From the NCBI GenBank assembly GCA_050187295.1, contig JBFWXQ010000009.1, positions 16,785 through 80,784 of the forward strand: 64,000 nucleotides of DNA, read 5' to 3'. Positions 11,788-20,604 of the stretch are shown here, piece after piece; the stretch's first letter is position 1; each line of letters starts with the position of its first letter. Position numbers and translations under genes: made by a program. The notes under the pieces are model-generated. The model was not told the DNA's origin. It did no database searches and saw only the letters and a list, made by a program, of their open reading frames with translations. The DNA is from Blastocatellales bacterium (lineage in GTDB: Bacteria; Acidobacteriota; Blastocatellia; RBC074).

Positions 11788-14700
11788 TCATTGAATACCA
11801 TCTATCAATTTAGCCAGTCTTACCTTTTTTAATTTCATTGATTCTGCAGGGTCTACTGCCTGCCTTAAATAAATGAATTTTCCCTCTGAGGAGGCAAGAA
11901 CCCTGCCATTGTTAGATATGGCCATACCTAGAATATTCGTATCATGCTTGATTGAAAGAAGTTCCTGTCCGGTCTCAATGCTCCATATCTTGACAAAGCC
12001 ATCTCCCCCTCCTGTCGCAATACGTTTCCCGTCCGGAAAAAAACAAATGTGCGTGATTTCTCCAACATGCCCTTTGAAAGTTACGATCTCTTTTTGAGTC
12101 TCTAAATCATACAACACGCCGATCCCATTCATACCACCATAAGCTAACTTTTTACCATCATCTGAATACCTTATTGCATAAATAGAGTTCGAACAACTGA
12201 GCAATAATAGCTGCTTCTTCGTCACAGTATCCCAAACTCTTATCGTACCATCATCGTTAGCGGTAGCAAGTTCATGACCATCAGGTGAAAATACAATAGA
12301 ATAAACATTTAAACCCTGATTATTGTTGAACGAATGAATTTCTCTCCCAGTGTTAACATCCCATATTTTAGCTGTACCGTCTAAGCTACATGAGGCGATT
12401 GAACGGTCGTCAGGTGAGAAAATAACACCATTCACAAAGGACTCATGACCAAACAAAGTTTTTAATTCTTGCCCTGTCGAAACATCCCAGATTTTAATTG
12501 TCTTGTCTTGACTTGCTGATGCCAACATTTTCCCATCGTGAGATACGGCTATACCCCAAACAACATCCTTATTCCCCTTGAAAGATCTTACCAATTGCTG
12601 GGTCTTTGTATCCCATAGGTGTACATCAGATCTCCCTCCTGTGAATAAATATCTTTCATCCTTTGAAAAGGCCAGTTTAAAATTTGAATCAACATTGTAC
12701 TCTCCATCTTTTAGAATCTTCTCCTGACTCTCTGAAAGATCCCATATCTTCGCGAAACCGTCTCGCCCATACGTTGCAAGCAATTTACTGTTTCCTGAAA
12801 ACTCTACAGCATCAACGGACATACCATGTCCTTTATATGTATTAACAAGTGCCAGATTGTCTGTAGAATAAATCCTCGCTTTTCTATCGTAACCCGCTAT
12901 TGCCAGCAATTTACCATCCGGGGAATAAGCGATTGATATAACGTGACTGCCGGAAATTTGTTTTTGACTCGAGTTATTATTCGCCTCGCTTCCATTATTT
13001 AAAATCGGCGTCCCTCGAACGGGGTCCCAAAACCGTGCCGACAGATCTCCTCCTCCTGTAACAAGGGTTTTACCATCCGGTGAATATCTCAATGAGGTCA
13101 CGTAAGCACTGTGCCCTTTTAATACTTTGTCTATACTACCCGTACTAAGATTCCAAATTCTTGCTATCCAGTCAAAACATCCAGTAGCAAGCATTTTGCC
13201 ATCGGGAGAGAAGTCTAAGCAGGTGACCTCTGCTGGATGCTGGAGTATTAATAATTTTCGACCTGTTTTTACATCCCACAATATAGCTTTTCCATCAAAA
13301 CTTGCTGTTGCAATTCTAGAACCGTCAGGTGAGAAACGAATTGAAACAATCAGATTTTGGTGTCCCTTTAATGTTACTAACTCATTCCCAGAACCCAGAT
13401 CCCAGATCTTTGCAGTTTTGTCCGCGCTAGCAGATGCAAGGTAATGACCATCAGGAGATACAGCGATCGATTGGATTCCGCTGGAGTGTCCCTTTAAAGT
13501 CATTATTTTTTTACCGCTGGCTATATCCCAAATAACAATTAAATTGTCATCGCTGCCAATAGCGAGTCGTTTGTTATCCCTTAAAAAAACCATTGAACCG
13601 TTCGAATTTCCCTGTTTTACTGTCCAAAGATCGCTGTTAGCCAGTCCCCATAGATAAGACCATTCAAAGCCACGCAAGTCTTTTTGACCGGGTTTAGGAA
13701 TCTGGTTATTCAGTAAATCTTCCATTATAGGAATTCCTGCATCTTCCCAGGCTCGCATTGCCAGATTCATCTGAGCGGCATAGAGCTGTCGGCGATTGGT
13801 TTCTTCTCTTGTTTGTGCCAGGTTGCGCTGTTGATAAGCGATAATAGCTAGCGTAGTAATCACCGCTACGATGACAGCCGCGATGGCAGAGGTTCGAATA
13901 ATACCGCGCCTATAGGCCATCCGCTGTCGCCGCAACTCCGCATCCGGCATGTGCTCCTTAATCCAGTCTCGGTCAAAGACGCGTTCGTAAATCCGATTTC
14001 TGACCTTCAGATATCCATCGTGATGACGGGTGATGCCAGACAGGTGCAGCGCCGTGACCAGTGAATTGGTTTCGTCATCGGCCACACGTTTCCCACTGTG
14101 AACCTTATCGTAAAGCGTCAGCAATCCGGCGACTTCGACCTCGCTGCGAAGCAGACGTTCGCGAACAAAGATCAGGTTGTCGTCGCCATCCTGTGCCCGG
14201 CGATTGAAAAATAACTCTTCGCATTTGTGATCTACACCTTTGCCATCGGTCACGACTTTATCTTCAGCGATTGCGCGGCAAAGCCTCTGCGTCAGGTAAG
14301 GATGCCCACCCGTCCAATAAAGCACGCGACTGATCAATTCGGTTTCCGACCTTTCATTGCCCCCAAGTCCTTCCGCCAGCGGTCGGGCTTCACCTTCCGT
14401 GAAGTCGCGAAGTTCGATTCGCTGGCCGATGTTAAATGGCGTCATTCGCGTATCGCGAATCAGGTCAGATGGGGAGGCTACGCCAAGCAGGCAGAAGGTC
14501 AGTCGCTCAAGGTCGCTTTCAGAGGTTCGGCGATTGTAAAACTCGCGGATTCCGGCAAAGAATTCATCGGTCGAAAACGGCAGACTTCGAACCGTGTCAA
14601 TCTCGTCAATGAAGATCACCAGTCGTCCCGGGTAACGCGGCAGCACGACTTCATCAATGGCGCTCATCCATCGCTGCAACGGGCCGAGCCTGGGATGGTT

Positions 14701-15051
14701 GAACCAGAATTCTTCCAGTTCATCTTCCAGTTGTAGCTGGCGGCCAATTCGACTGAGCAATCCGTCATACCACTGTTCAGCGGTCAGGTTCTGGCCGATG
14801 GCCGTCAGGTCAAGCACAGCTACACCAACTCCAGCTTCGCGCAAACGCGCCGCCGTCCTGACCATCAGGCTGGACTTACCCATCTGGCGCGAAGTCAGCA
14901 CATAACAGAACTGGCCTTGTTTGAGATTATCAAAGAGTGATTGATCGGCCTGGCGATGGACGTAACAGGCGGCGTCTCCGCGCAAAGTCCCGCCGGTAAT
15001 ATAAAAATTGGAGGATGAATTCTGCTGAATATCCGTCGAGTCTTTGAGCAT
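11788..15051 (-). CDS. AAA_35 NTPase - TM - WD40 repeat protein, paralog 2
   Basis: Same architecture; likely start [10 protein letters not shown] at 15051 (GAGG RBS; aligns with paralog starts). Confidence 0.9.
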   Translation of the reverse strand: MLKDSTDIQQNSSSNFYITGGTLRGDAACYVHRQADQSLFDNLKQGQFCYVLTSRQMGKSSLMVRTAARLREAGVGVAVLDLTAIGQNLTAEQWYDGLLSRIGRQLQLEDELEEFWFNHPRLGPLQRWMSAIDEVVLPRYPGRLVIFIDEIDTVRSLPFSTDEFFAGIREFYNRRTSESDLERLTFCLLGVASPSDLIRDTRMTPFNIGQRIELRDFTEGEARPLAEGLGGNERSETELISRVLYWTGGHPYLTQRLCRAIAEDKVVTDGKGVDHKCEELFFNRRAQDGDDNLIFVRERLLRSEVEVAGLLTLYDKVHSGKRVADDETNSLVTALHLSGITRHHDGYLKVRNRIYERVFDRDWIKEHMPDAELRRQRMAYRRGIIRTSAIAAVIVAVITTLAIIAYQQRNLAQTREETNRRQLYAAQMNLAMRAWEDAGIPIMEDLLNNQIPKPGQKDLRGFEWSYLWGLANSDLWTVKQGNSNGSMVFLRDNKRLAIGSDDNLIVIWDIASGKKIMTLKGHSSGIQSIAVSPDGHYLASASADKTAKIWDLGSGNELVTLKGHQNLIVSIRFSPDGSRIATASFDGKAILWDVKTGRKLLILQHPAEVTCLDFSPDGKMLATGCFDWIARIWNLSTGSIDKVLKGHSAYVTSLRYSPDGKTLVTGGGDLSARFWDPVRGTPILNNGSEANNNSSQKQISGSHVISIAYSPDGKLLAIAGYDRKARIYSTDNLALVNTYKGHGMSVDAVEFSGNSKLLATYGRDGFAKIWDLSESQEKILKDGEYNVDSNFKLAFSKDERYLFTGGRSDVHLWDTKTQQLVRSFKGNKDVVWGIAVSHDGKMLASASQDKTIKIWDVSTGQELKTLFGHESFVNGVIFSPDDRSIASCSLDGTAKIWDVNTGREIHSFNNNQGLNVYSIVFSPDGHELATANDDGTIRVWDTVTKKQLLLLSCSNSIYAIRYSDDGKKLAYGGMNGIGVLYDLETQKEIVTFKGHVGEITHICFFPDGKRIATGGGDGFVKIWSIETGQELLSIKHDTNILGMAISNNGRVLASSEGKFIYLRQAVDPAESMKLKKVRLAKLIDGIQ

Positions 15052-15422
15052 GGCTTGCCTCGATTTATGACATTGGTCGAAAGGAGCAGGACACGTCAGT
15101 GAAATTCCTGCCAGCAATAAATCAAGTGCGAACTGCTGTTTTCCCAACTCCGCCGGGATCACTCAATGCATCAATAGCCAGGGGCATAGCTCCGGGCGGA
15201 GTGACTGTTTAATCTTGTGCAAGATAATACGCCAATTCACCAGCCGGTCAAAATAAAGTTGGTTGATAAGTTATCAACCCATGATTTGGACGATGAAAAA
15301 TATGAATCAGACTGTTTACAGGAAGAAAAGGTAAGAAATCCGTATGATTGCCGCGTCGGATCATCGGGAATAACGAGTGGTGAACGCTGCGAGTTAATTG
15401 AAGCATGCGCATATATCAGATT

Positions 15423-15536
15423 GGCGAAGCCTTTGGAGCGCTGCGGCTTGACGCAGCTTTGGCAGTCTTTCGGTTGGAGCACGCTCGGCTGGATTACCAA
15501 AGCGGTTCCAGGCAACCGCAGTCCAAAAGCTTCGCC
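15423..15536. repeat. REP/REPIN-like palindromic element, copy 1
   Basis: GGCGAAGCcTTTGGA...GCTTTGG...CCAAAGC...TCCAAAAGCTTCGCC nested inverted repeats; related to 24101-24191. Confidence 0.65.
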
Positions 15537-15567
15537 GATTCCATTTACGCACAGGCTTCAAATAAGT

Positions 15568-15641
15568 GTACGGTAGTCTGTTCCGACTGCAGAGGTTTTC
15601 CAACAGGGTATAACATCAACAGACCGGACAGACTACCGTAC
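15568..15641. repeat. 14-bp perfect inverted repeat (hairpin or REP-like) downstream of TPR gene
   Basis: GTACGGTAGTCTGT (15568-15581) ... ACAGACTACCGTAC (15628-15641). Confidence 0.55.
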
Positions 15642-15673
15642 GTTCAAATGAAAACCGAATTACACTCACCACG

Positions 15674-16546
15674 TTACTCTGAATCGTCGTCTAATCGTAA
15701 GTTTCTGTAATTGCGGCGGCAGGCAACAAGTTTGGGATGATCCGGATTAAGCGTCTGCTGGAAGATCGCCAATGCACGTCGCAACAATACTTCTGCTTCG
15801 TCATAACGCTGCTGTTTTTTCAACAACATCGCCAGATTGTTTTGTGTCAGGGCCAGGTCCGGATGGCCTGGCCCAAGCAGCTTTTCTTTCATCGCCAGGG
15901 AACGACGGTAAAGCTGCTCTGCTTCGGCGGTCTCTCCCTGCGCATTTTTTAGCGCGGCCAGGTTGTTCAGATTGACCGCGATTTCGTAATGCTCCGCACC
16001 GTATTCGCGTTCAAAGATGGCCAGCGCCCGGCGATAGAGCGATTCCGCTTCGTCGAAATTTTTCTGCCCATCCAGAATTGCCGCCAGCGCCGCCAGATCA
16101 GCGGCTACCTCGACGTGCTCCGGCCCTAAGGCTTTCTCTCTGATTTCTACAGACCGTCGCGCGAAGGGTTCACCTTTTGCAAAATTCCCCCGCGCGTGTT
16201 CCAACCCGCCCAGGTTGTGATACAGCGTGGCCATTTCAGTATGATCTTCGCCCAGATGCCGGAGCCCCAACTCGATTGCGCGTTGATAAAGCATTTCAGC
16301 CTGGTCGAATTGCCCGGAGTATTTGTAAAGAACCGCGTGATTATTGAGCACTGCTATCAGTTTCGGCGAATCTTTTCCCCACACCTGTTCAGCCAATGAC
16401 AATGCCTGTTGGAACAGTTTTTCGGATTGGACGTATTGACCTTGTTCACGCAACTGGTCGGCGCGATGCACCAAATTCCAAATCCGTCTTTGCGATTCCG
16501 CCTGAGTTGACTCTGTTGCAGTGCTCATTTTCATCGCCCCCAGCAT
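15674..16546 (-). CDS. Stand-alone TPR protein (TPR_10/TPR_12, 42-aa kinesin-light-chain-type repeats)
   Basis: About six repeats of the LNNLAxLY...AEQLYRRSLAMKEKLLGPxHP type; no signal peptide, HTH or CHAT domain. Start could also be MSTATES at 16528. Confidence 0.88.
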   Translation of the reverse strand: MLGAMKMSTATESTQAESQRRIWNLVHRADQLREQGQYVQSEKLFQQALSLAEQVWGKDSPKLIAVLNNHAVLYKYSGQFDQAEMLYQRAIELGLRHLGEDHTEMATLYHNLGGLEHARGNFAKGEPFARRSVEIREKALGPEHVEVAADLAALAAILDGQKNFDEAESLYRRALAIFEREYGAEHYEIAVNLNNLAALKNAQGETAEAEQLYRRSLAMKEKLLGPGHPDLALTQNNLAMLLKKQQRYDEAEVLLRRALAIFQQTLNPDHPKLVACRRNYRNLRLDDDSE

Positions 16547-16670
16547 CAATCCACTTCCAGCGTCTCCTTGTGATTCAGGGTATGGCGATCCCCTTCGGAG
16601 CGATCACCTCTTCCATTTCTCCGACGTCCAGTTCGATTTCTTCAACACAATTTGTATTTTCGTTTTTCAT
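16546..16670 (-). other. Unannotated small acidic peptide gene, apparently frameshifted
   Basis: RBS AGAAAGGAAG then ATG 16670: MKNENTNCVEEIELDVGEMEEVIAPKGIAIP* (stop 16575-16577). The -1 frame continues LNHKETLEVD*, and its TGA overlaps the TPR ATG (TGATG). Confidence 0.6.
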
Positions 16671-16751
16671 GGCGCTTCCTTTCTGTTTTCGATTCCGTTG
16701 TTGTTTCAAGAAACTATGCTGCTGTTTCCCGCTGTCTGAGAGCTTTTTTCC

Positions 16752-16794
16752 GCTCTCACTTACATAAACAGGATCGGCGCGGATAAACTATCAT
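16752..16794 (-). promoter_or_regulatory. Conserved 43-bp promoter-like motif, copy B (upstream of peptide-TPR)
   Basis: ATGATAGTT-tatccgcgccgat-CCTGTTTAT-gt-AAGTGAGAGC. Confidence 0.72.
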
Positions 16795-16927
16795 CGGCTA
16801 CAAAAAATTATCATTCTGTGAATATTTCGGTGATGAGCCTAAAGCGCACGGCAAGCACCACAGTCGTAACCTTGAGCACTCAAATATTTACTGCTACAAA
16901 AATTCTCAGCGCATACATCAAAAATAT

Positions 16928-16964
16928 TGGGCGGAGCCTCAAGCGTGTGCCTGAGTTTCCGCCC
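16928..16964 (-). terminator. Hairpin after TonB-like receptor gene
   Basis: TGGGCGGA...TCCGCCCA stem next to an A-rich tract on +. Confidence 0.5.
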
Positions 16965-17043
16965 ATTGATCTGCTGCTTTTGCGGGATACGGATGGCTCT
17001 CACCGCTTATCTCTGAATCAATTCCGCCTCACTCCTTATCACC

Positions 17044-20000
17044 CTAAAAATCCAGCCTAATCCCGAGTCTCAATCTTGCCGGGGTGTGATAGGACAAGGG
17101 CTTCAGGAAATCTTCGTTGTCCAGTCCAACTGCAATCTGCCGGTTCTGATCCGGCAGCCGCAACGCACGATTGTTGGTTACGTTGAAAATGTCAGCGACG
17201 AAGCTCAATCGCATGTGTTCGTTCAACCGGAAGACACGGTCGGCGTGCAGATCAAGTTGCGCGAAGAAAGGTGTTCGCCCCAGTTTGCCACGCCCGCCTG
17301 CAGGAACTTCACCGGGGTTAATGTAAGCCGGGTGAGCGAGCAGTTCGCTAATCGGCACGCCTGATTCCATGTGCAAGCCCGCGCCGAGATTCAACCCTTT
17401 CAAGCGACGGGCTAATCCCTGTCCGCCGAAAGCGTAGCTTCCATAAATGTTCGCAATGTGGCGGCGTTCGGTGTTGAGCGGGCCGTCCTTGAATTGATCT
17501 CCGAGCAGATTGAAATCGCCCGCAGTGAAATCAAACAGCGAACTGATGGCGGGATCGGTCTGGCCGTTGTCGTTGCGCAAATGACCTTCAAAGTTGCCTC
17601 TGAGCGAGGCAATCCGCCAGTTGGTCAGCAATTGCCAGTTGTTGGAAAATCGTTTGTTCAATTCAATCTCAACTGCGCGGTATTTGTGTAGCGGATCTGG
17701 GAAGCCGTCAGGGACGCCATCTGCGCCGGATTCACCCGCAGGCTTGCCGTTCTTGCCCAGTGCCTCGAAACAGACAGCGCCGACAACATCGCCCGCGCTG
17801 TTGGTGACAGCCGGATTGAAAAGATTCGGATCACACTGGGATGGCAGGTTGGTTGCCAGCCCCGTTATCGGGTCGTAATTTGGCACGAATCCGGCAGGCA
17901 ACACGTGAGAGATGGGATTGACCGCCGCATCCAGCTTCGAGTTGATATTGCCGACGAAGTAGGTCTGGCCAAAAAATGCTACGGCTTCCGGCGAAACTAC
18001 TGCGGCGTCTTCGACAATCCGCTTCAGCCTCCGATCAATGTAGCGCACGGACAAAAATAAGTTGTGCGGCAGTTGCTGCTCGAAGCCGATCAGGTGCTCC
18101 TGCGCGAAGCCCAGTTTTGTGCCCGGCAGGATTGGGTTAACACGATCCTGCGCTGACACTACAAATCCTCCGTCAATGCCGCCAGCGGTTCCACTGATGA
18201 AATGCGCCTGATCCACGACGGGAATAACAGAGCCGAATTGGTTGAGCTTGGCGCGTGGAACTCCATTAATCTCGGTGAATTCCGGGATAAACAGTGAACC
18301 AAGAATTGCCTGCTCGACCGAGAGCGAACGCTCGGCCAGGTCAAGCGGGATGTATTCATGGAAACGGCCAAAATTGTAATAGGCTTTCGTCTTGCCACGT
18401 CCGAATGGATCCACCGTCACGCCAAAGCGCGGCGACCATTGCCCCGTAAAGCTATAGGCCAGTTGTTTACCGCTTTGTTGTGCGTTGGGTGTGCCGAGGA
18501 TGCGCTCCTGTTCCCAGCGATAACCGGCGAGCGCGGTGACGAAACGATTGATGCGCCAAGTGTCTTGCGCGTATACGGCATGGTAATTCGATCGCGTGTC
18601 GAAATCTACATCCCCAAAGATCCCGTACAGAGTCTGTAAATAAATTCTGGTATCGCCCACGCCGGGTATATCCACCAGAGGGCAGAGCGGGCAGGTGTCA
18701 TCTGCAGGGAACAATCCAAAGATGGCTGTCATTGGTTGCCCGGCGGCTTTGGAATCAACCTGAACACTACCATCTGCGTTGGTGTTTGGAATGGTGAAAA
18801 TGGGGCCGCTAAAGTTGCGGGTACCTGCATAAAACGCGCGCTGATAAACATAGCCCAGACCCAGTGTATGCTCACCCCAAAGTGATACTCGTTTGGCAGT
18901 GTCTCCCGTCCAGCGATAAGTTGTCCCATTTGTCGGCTCATTAAATCCCAGCCCCTGGGCGGTGAACATGCCACGATCCGGTTGGGTGAAATCCAGGATG
19001 ATCGAAAGATTATCGAATCCCGTTTCGTTGAAGTTGTTCGTTCCCTGGCTGAATGCTGCGCTCACTGTCCAGGTTGAACTGAGCGTGCCATTGTAGCGCG
19101 CTGAGATATTGCGCGTTCCATATTCGAGCTGGCTGTTGGCCGTAGTGTTGTCAATGTTCAGTATTCGCATCGGCGCGACATTGGTCGTTGTCGGATCCCC
19201 AAAAATCGAGAAATTGAATTGGTGAGCCGGACTGAGGTTGTAGTCCAGTTTGAATGCGTAGTTTTTCGTAAAACTGCGACGGTGCGTTTGCTTGCCGTAA
19301 AGTTGGAGCAATCCTGATCCGGCAGCAGGTTGCACAATCGTGCGTCCAATGGTTGGATTGAACGAGCCGAAGAAAAACAGCTTGTCGCGCAAACCGGGAA
19401 CCGGACCACCAAGATCAGCACCACCCTCATAGCCCTCCGGGTGAATCACTTTGCCGGTTTTATTGATTCTGGCATCGTCGGGTTGAAGTCGCGTCGCTTC
19501 AAAGGACTGCGGCTGCGCATAACCATAGAAGCTGCCGTGATATTCATTGCTGCCGGATTTGGTAATGATGTTGACGATGCCGCCTTGCGCCTGGCCGTAT
19601 TGTGGCTCGAAGCCGCCGGTCTTGATCTGTACTTCCTTTATGTAGGACGTATTGATACCGACGCCAAGATTGCCATAGACACGTGAAAAGATACCAAGAC
19701 CGCCAAAAGCCGAATCCGTGACATTAACACCGTCTACCACGTACAAATTATCGAGAGCTGATCCACCTGAGATTGACGGGTTTGCCGCCCCGCCACCAAG
19801 GCTGTCCGCCACGCCTGGCGCTAGATAGAATACGCTCTGGACATTACGTCCGAGTGGCAGGTCGCGATAAAGTTGATCGTTCAAATTCGCCCCGACGGCG
19901 GTGCTAGATGTATCAACTCTGGCCGCACCTGCTACTACCTCAACCACTTCATTGATGTCTCCAGCTTGAAGCTCCAATTTCAGCACCAAAGTTTTACCGA

Positions 20001-20316
20001 CAAAGACAGGTGCGTCAGATATCGTCAGGGTTTTGAAGCCAGGCTGTTCAGCTTTTACCTGATAGCTGCCGGGGATCAGGTTTTGGAATTCGAACTCGCC
20101 TGATGAATTCGTCGTTAAAGCGCGTTCGCCAGTTGGTCCGGTGAGGGTTACTTTGGCATTTAGGATAACTGCGCCGGTGATATCTACAACCTTGCCGCTG
20201 ACATCCCCCTTCGTCACCAGATCCTGCCCCAGAGCGCCATTGGCAGCGAGCAGGGTGAGCAGACATACGCCAAACGCAAACTTCGCATAGATTTTCATGA
20301 GTGTTTTGTTTTTCAT
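17044..20316 (-). CDS. TonB-dependent receptor-like outer-membrane protein (Oar family, carboxypeptidase-regulatory N-domain)
   Basis: Signal peptide; GKVVDITGAVILNAKVTL; plug-like NLYVVDGVN and GGIVNIITKSGSNEYHGS; YAQDTWRI; C-terminal aromatic residue in RLGIRLDF. Confidence 0.9.
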   Translation of the reverse strand: MKNKTLMKIYAKFAFGVCLLTLLAANGALGQDLVTKGDVSGKVVDITGAVILNAKVTLTGPTGERALTTNSSGEFEFQNLIPGSYQVKAEQPGFKTLTISDAPVFVGKTLVLKLELQAGDINEVVEVVAGAARVDTSSTAVGANLNDQLYRDLPLGRNVQSVFYLAPGVADSLGGGAANPSISGGSALDNLYVVDGVNVTDSAFGGLGIFSRVYGNLGVGINTSYIKEVQIKTGGFEPQYGQAQGGIVNIITKSGSNEYHGSFYGYAQPQSFEATRLQPDDARINKTGKVIHPEGYEGGADLGGPVPGLRDKLFFFGSFNPTIGRTIVQPAAGSGLLQLYGKQTHRRSFTKNYAFKLDYNLSPAHQFNFSIFGDPTTTNVAPMRILNIDNTTANSQLEYGTRNISARYNGTLSSTWTVSAAFSQGTNNFNETGFDNLSIILDFTQPDRGMFTAQGLGFNEPTNGTTYRWTGDTAKRVSLWGEHTLGLGYVYQRAFYAGTRNFSGPIFTIPNTNADGSVQVDSKAAGQPMTAIFGLFPADDTCPLCPLVDIPGVGDTRIYLQTLYGIFGDVDFDTRSNYHAVYAQDTWRINRFVTALAGYRWEQERILGTPNAQQSGKQLAYSFTGQWSPRFGVTVDPFGRGKTKAYYNFGRFHEYIPLDLAERSLSVEQAILGSLFIPEFTEINGVPRAKLNQFGSVIPVVDQAHFISGTAGGIDGGFVVSAQDRVNPILPGTKLGFAQEHLIGFEQQLPHNLFLSVRYIDRRLKRIVEDAAVVSPEAVAFFGQTYFVGNINSKLDAAVNPISHVLPAGFVPNYDPITGLATNLPSQCDPNLFNPAVTNSAGDVVGAVCFEALGKNGKPAGESGADGVPDGFPDPLHKYRAVEIELNKRFSNNWQLLTNWRIASLRGNFEGHLRNDNGQTDPAISSLFDFTAGDFNLLGDQFKDGPLNTERRHIANIYGSYAFGGQGLARRLKGLNLGAGLHMESGVPISELLAHPAYINPGEVPAGGRGKLGRTPFFAQLDLHADRVFRLNEHMRLSFVADIFNVTNNRALRLPDQNRQIAVGLDNEDFLKPLSYHTPARLRLGIRLDF

Positions 20317-20460
20317 CTTTTCCTCCTGTTGGATAGGCCGTGTCGCGTGAACAAGCTGTTCTGGCAGAGGGAAGCAGAGGATCAGACAGGTCGCACCAGT
20401 TGGTTATTTGAAACTGGTTGCGAAATTTCCTGTTTCCTGTTGCTTAAGAGCCTGTTTTTT

Positions 20461-20503
20461 GCTCTCACTTGTATAAACAGGATTTCTGCAGAAAAACTCT
20501 CAT
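20461..20503 (-). promoter_or_regulatory. Conserved 43-bp promoter-like motif, copy C (upstream of TonB-like receptor)
   Basis: ATGAGAGTT-tttctgcagaaat-CCTGTTTAT-ac-AAGTGAGAGC. Confidence 0.72.
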
Positions 20504-20534
20504 TCAAAAAAAAATTTATTGTCTCTGTATCAGC

Positions 20535-20574
20535 AAAAAATAAGGCCGCCCAATAGCTGGACGACCTTATTTTT
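20535..20574 (-). terminator. Intrinsic terminator after WD40 paralog 3
   Basis: AAAAATAAGGccgccca-atagc-tggacgaCCTTATTTTT; the internal mismatches become G-U pairs on the minus-strand RNA. Confidence 0.6.
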
Positions 20575-20604
20575 AGTGAATCAAATTGTGGAGACTGAAG
20601 AAAG

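Noticed and set aside
15263-15277. FNR box
   Set aside because: Spacer is 5 nt rather than 4; kept only as a generic palindrome.
15217-15710. Short ORFs in the paralog 2/TPR intergenic region
   Set aside because: They run through palindromic repeats, lack RBSs and have no recognisable motifs.
16575-16580. CCC-UGA +1 frameshift that would fuse the peptide in-frame to the TPR protein
   Set aside because: The +1 frame is open into the TPR gene and CCC-UGA is shift-prone, but the -1 frame explains the TGATG overlap and the LNHKETL motif more simply. Not excluded.
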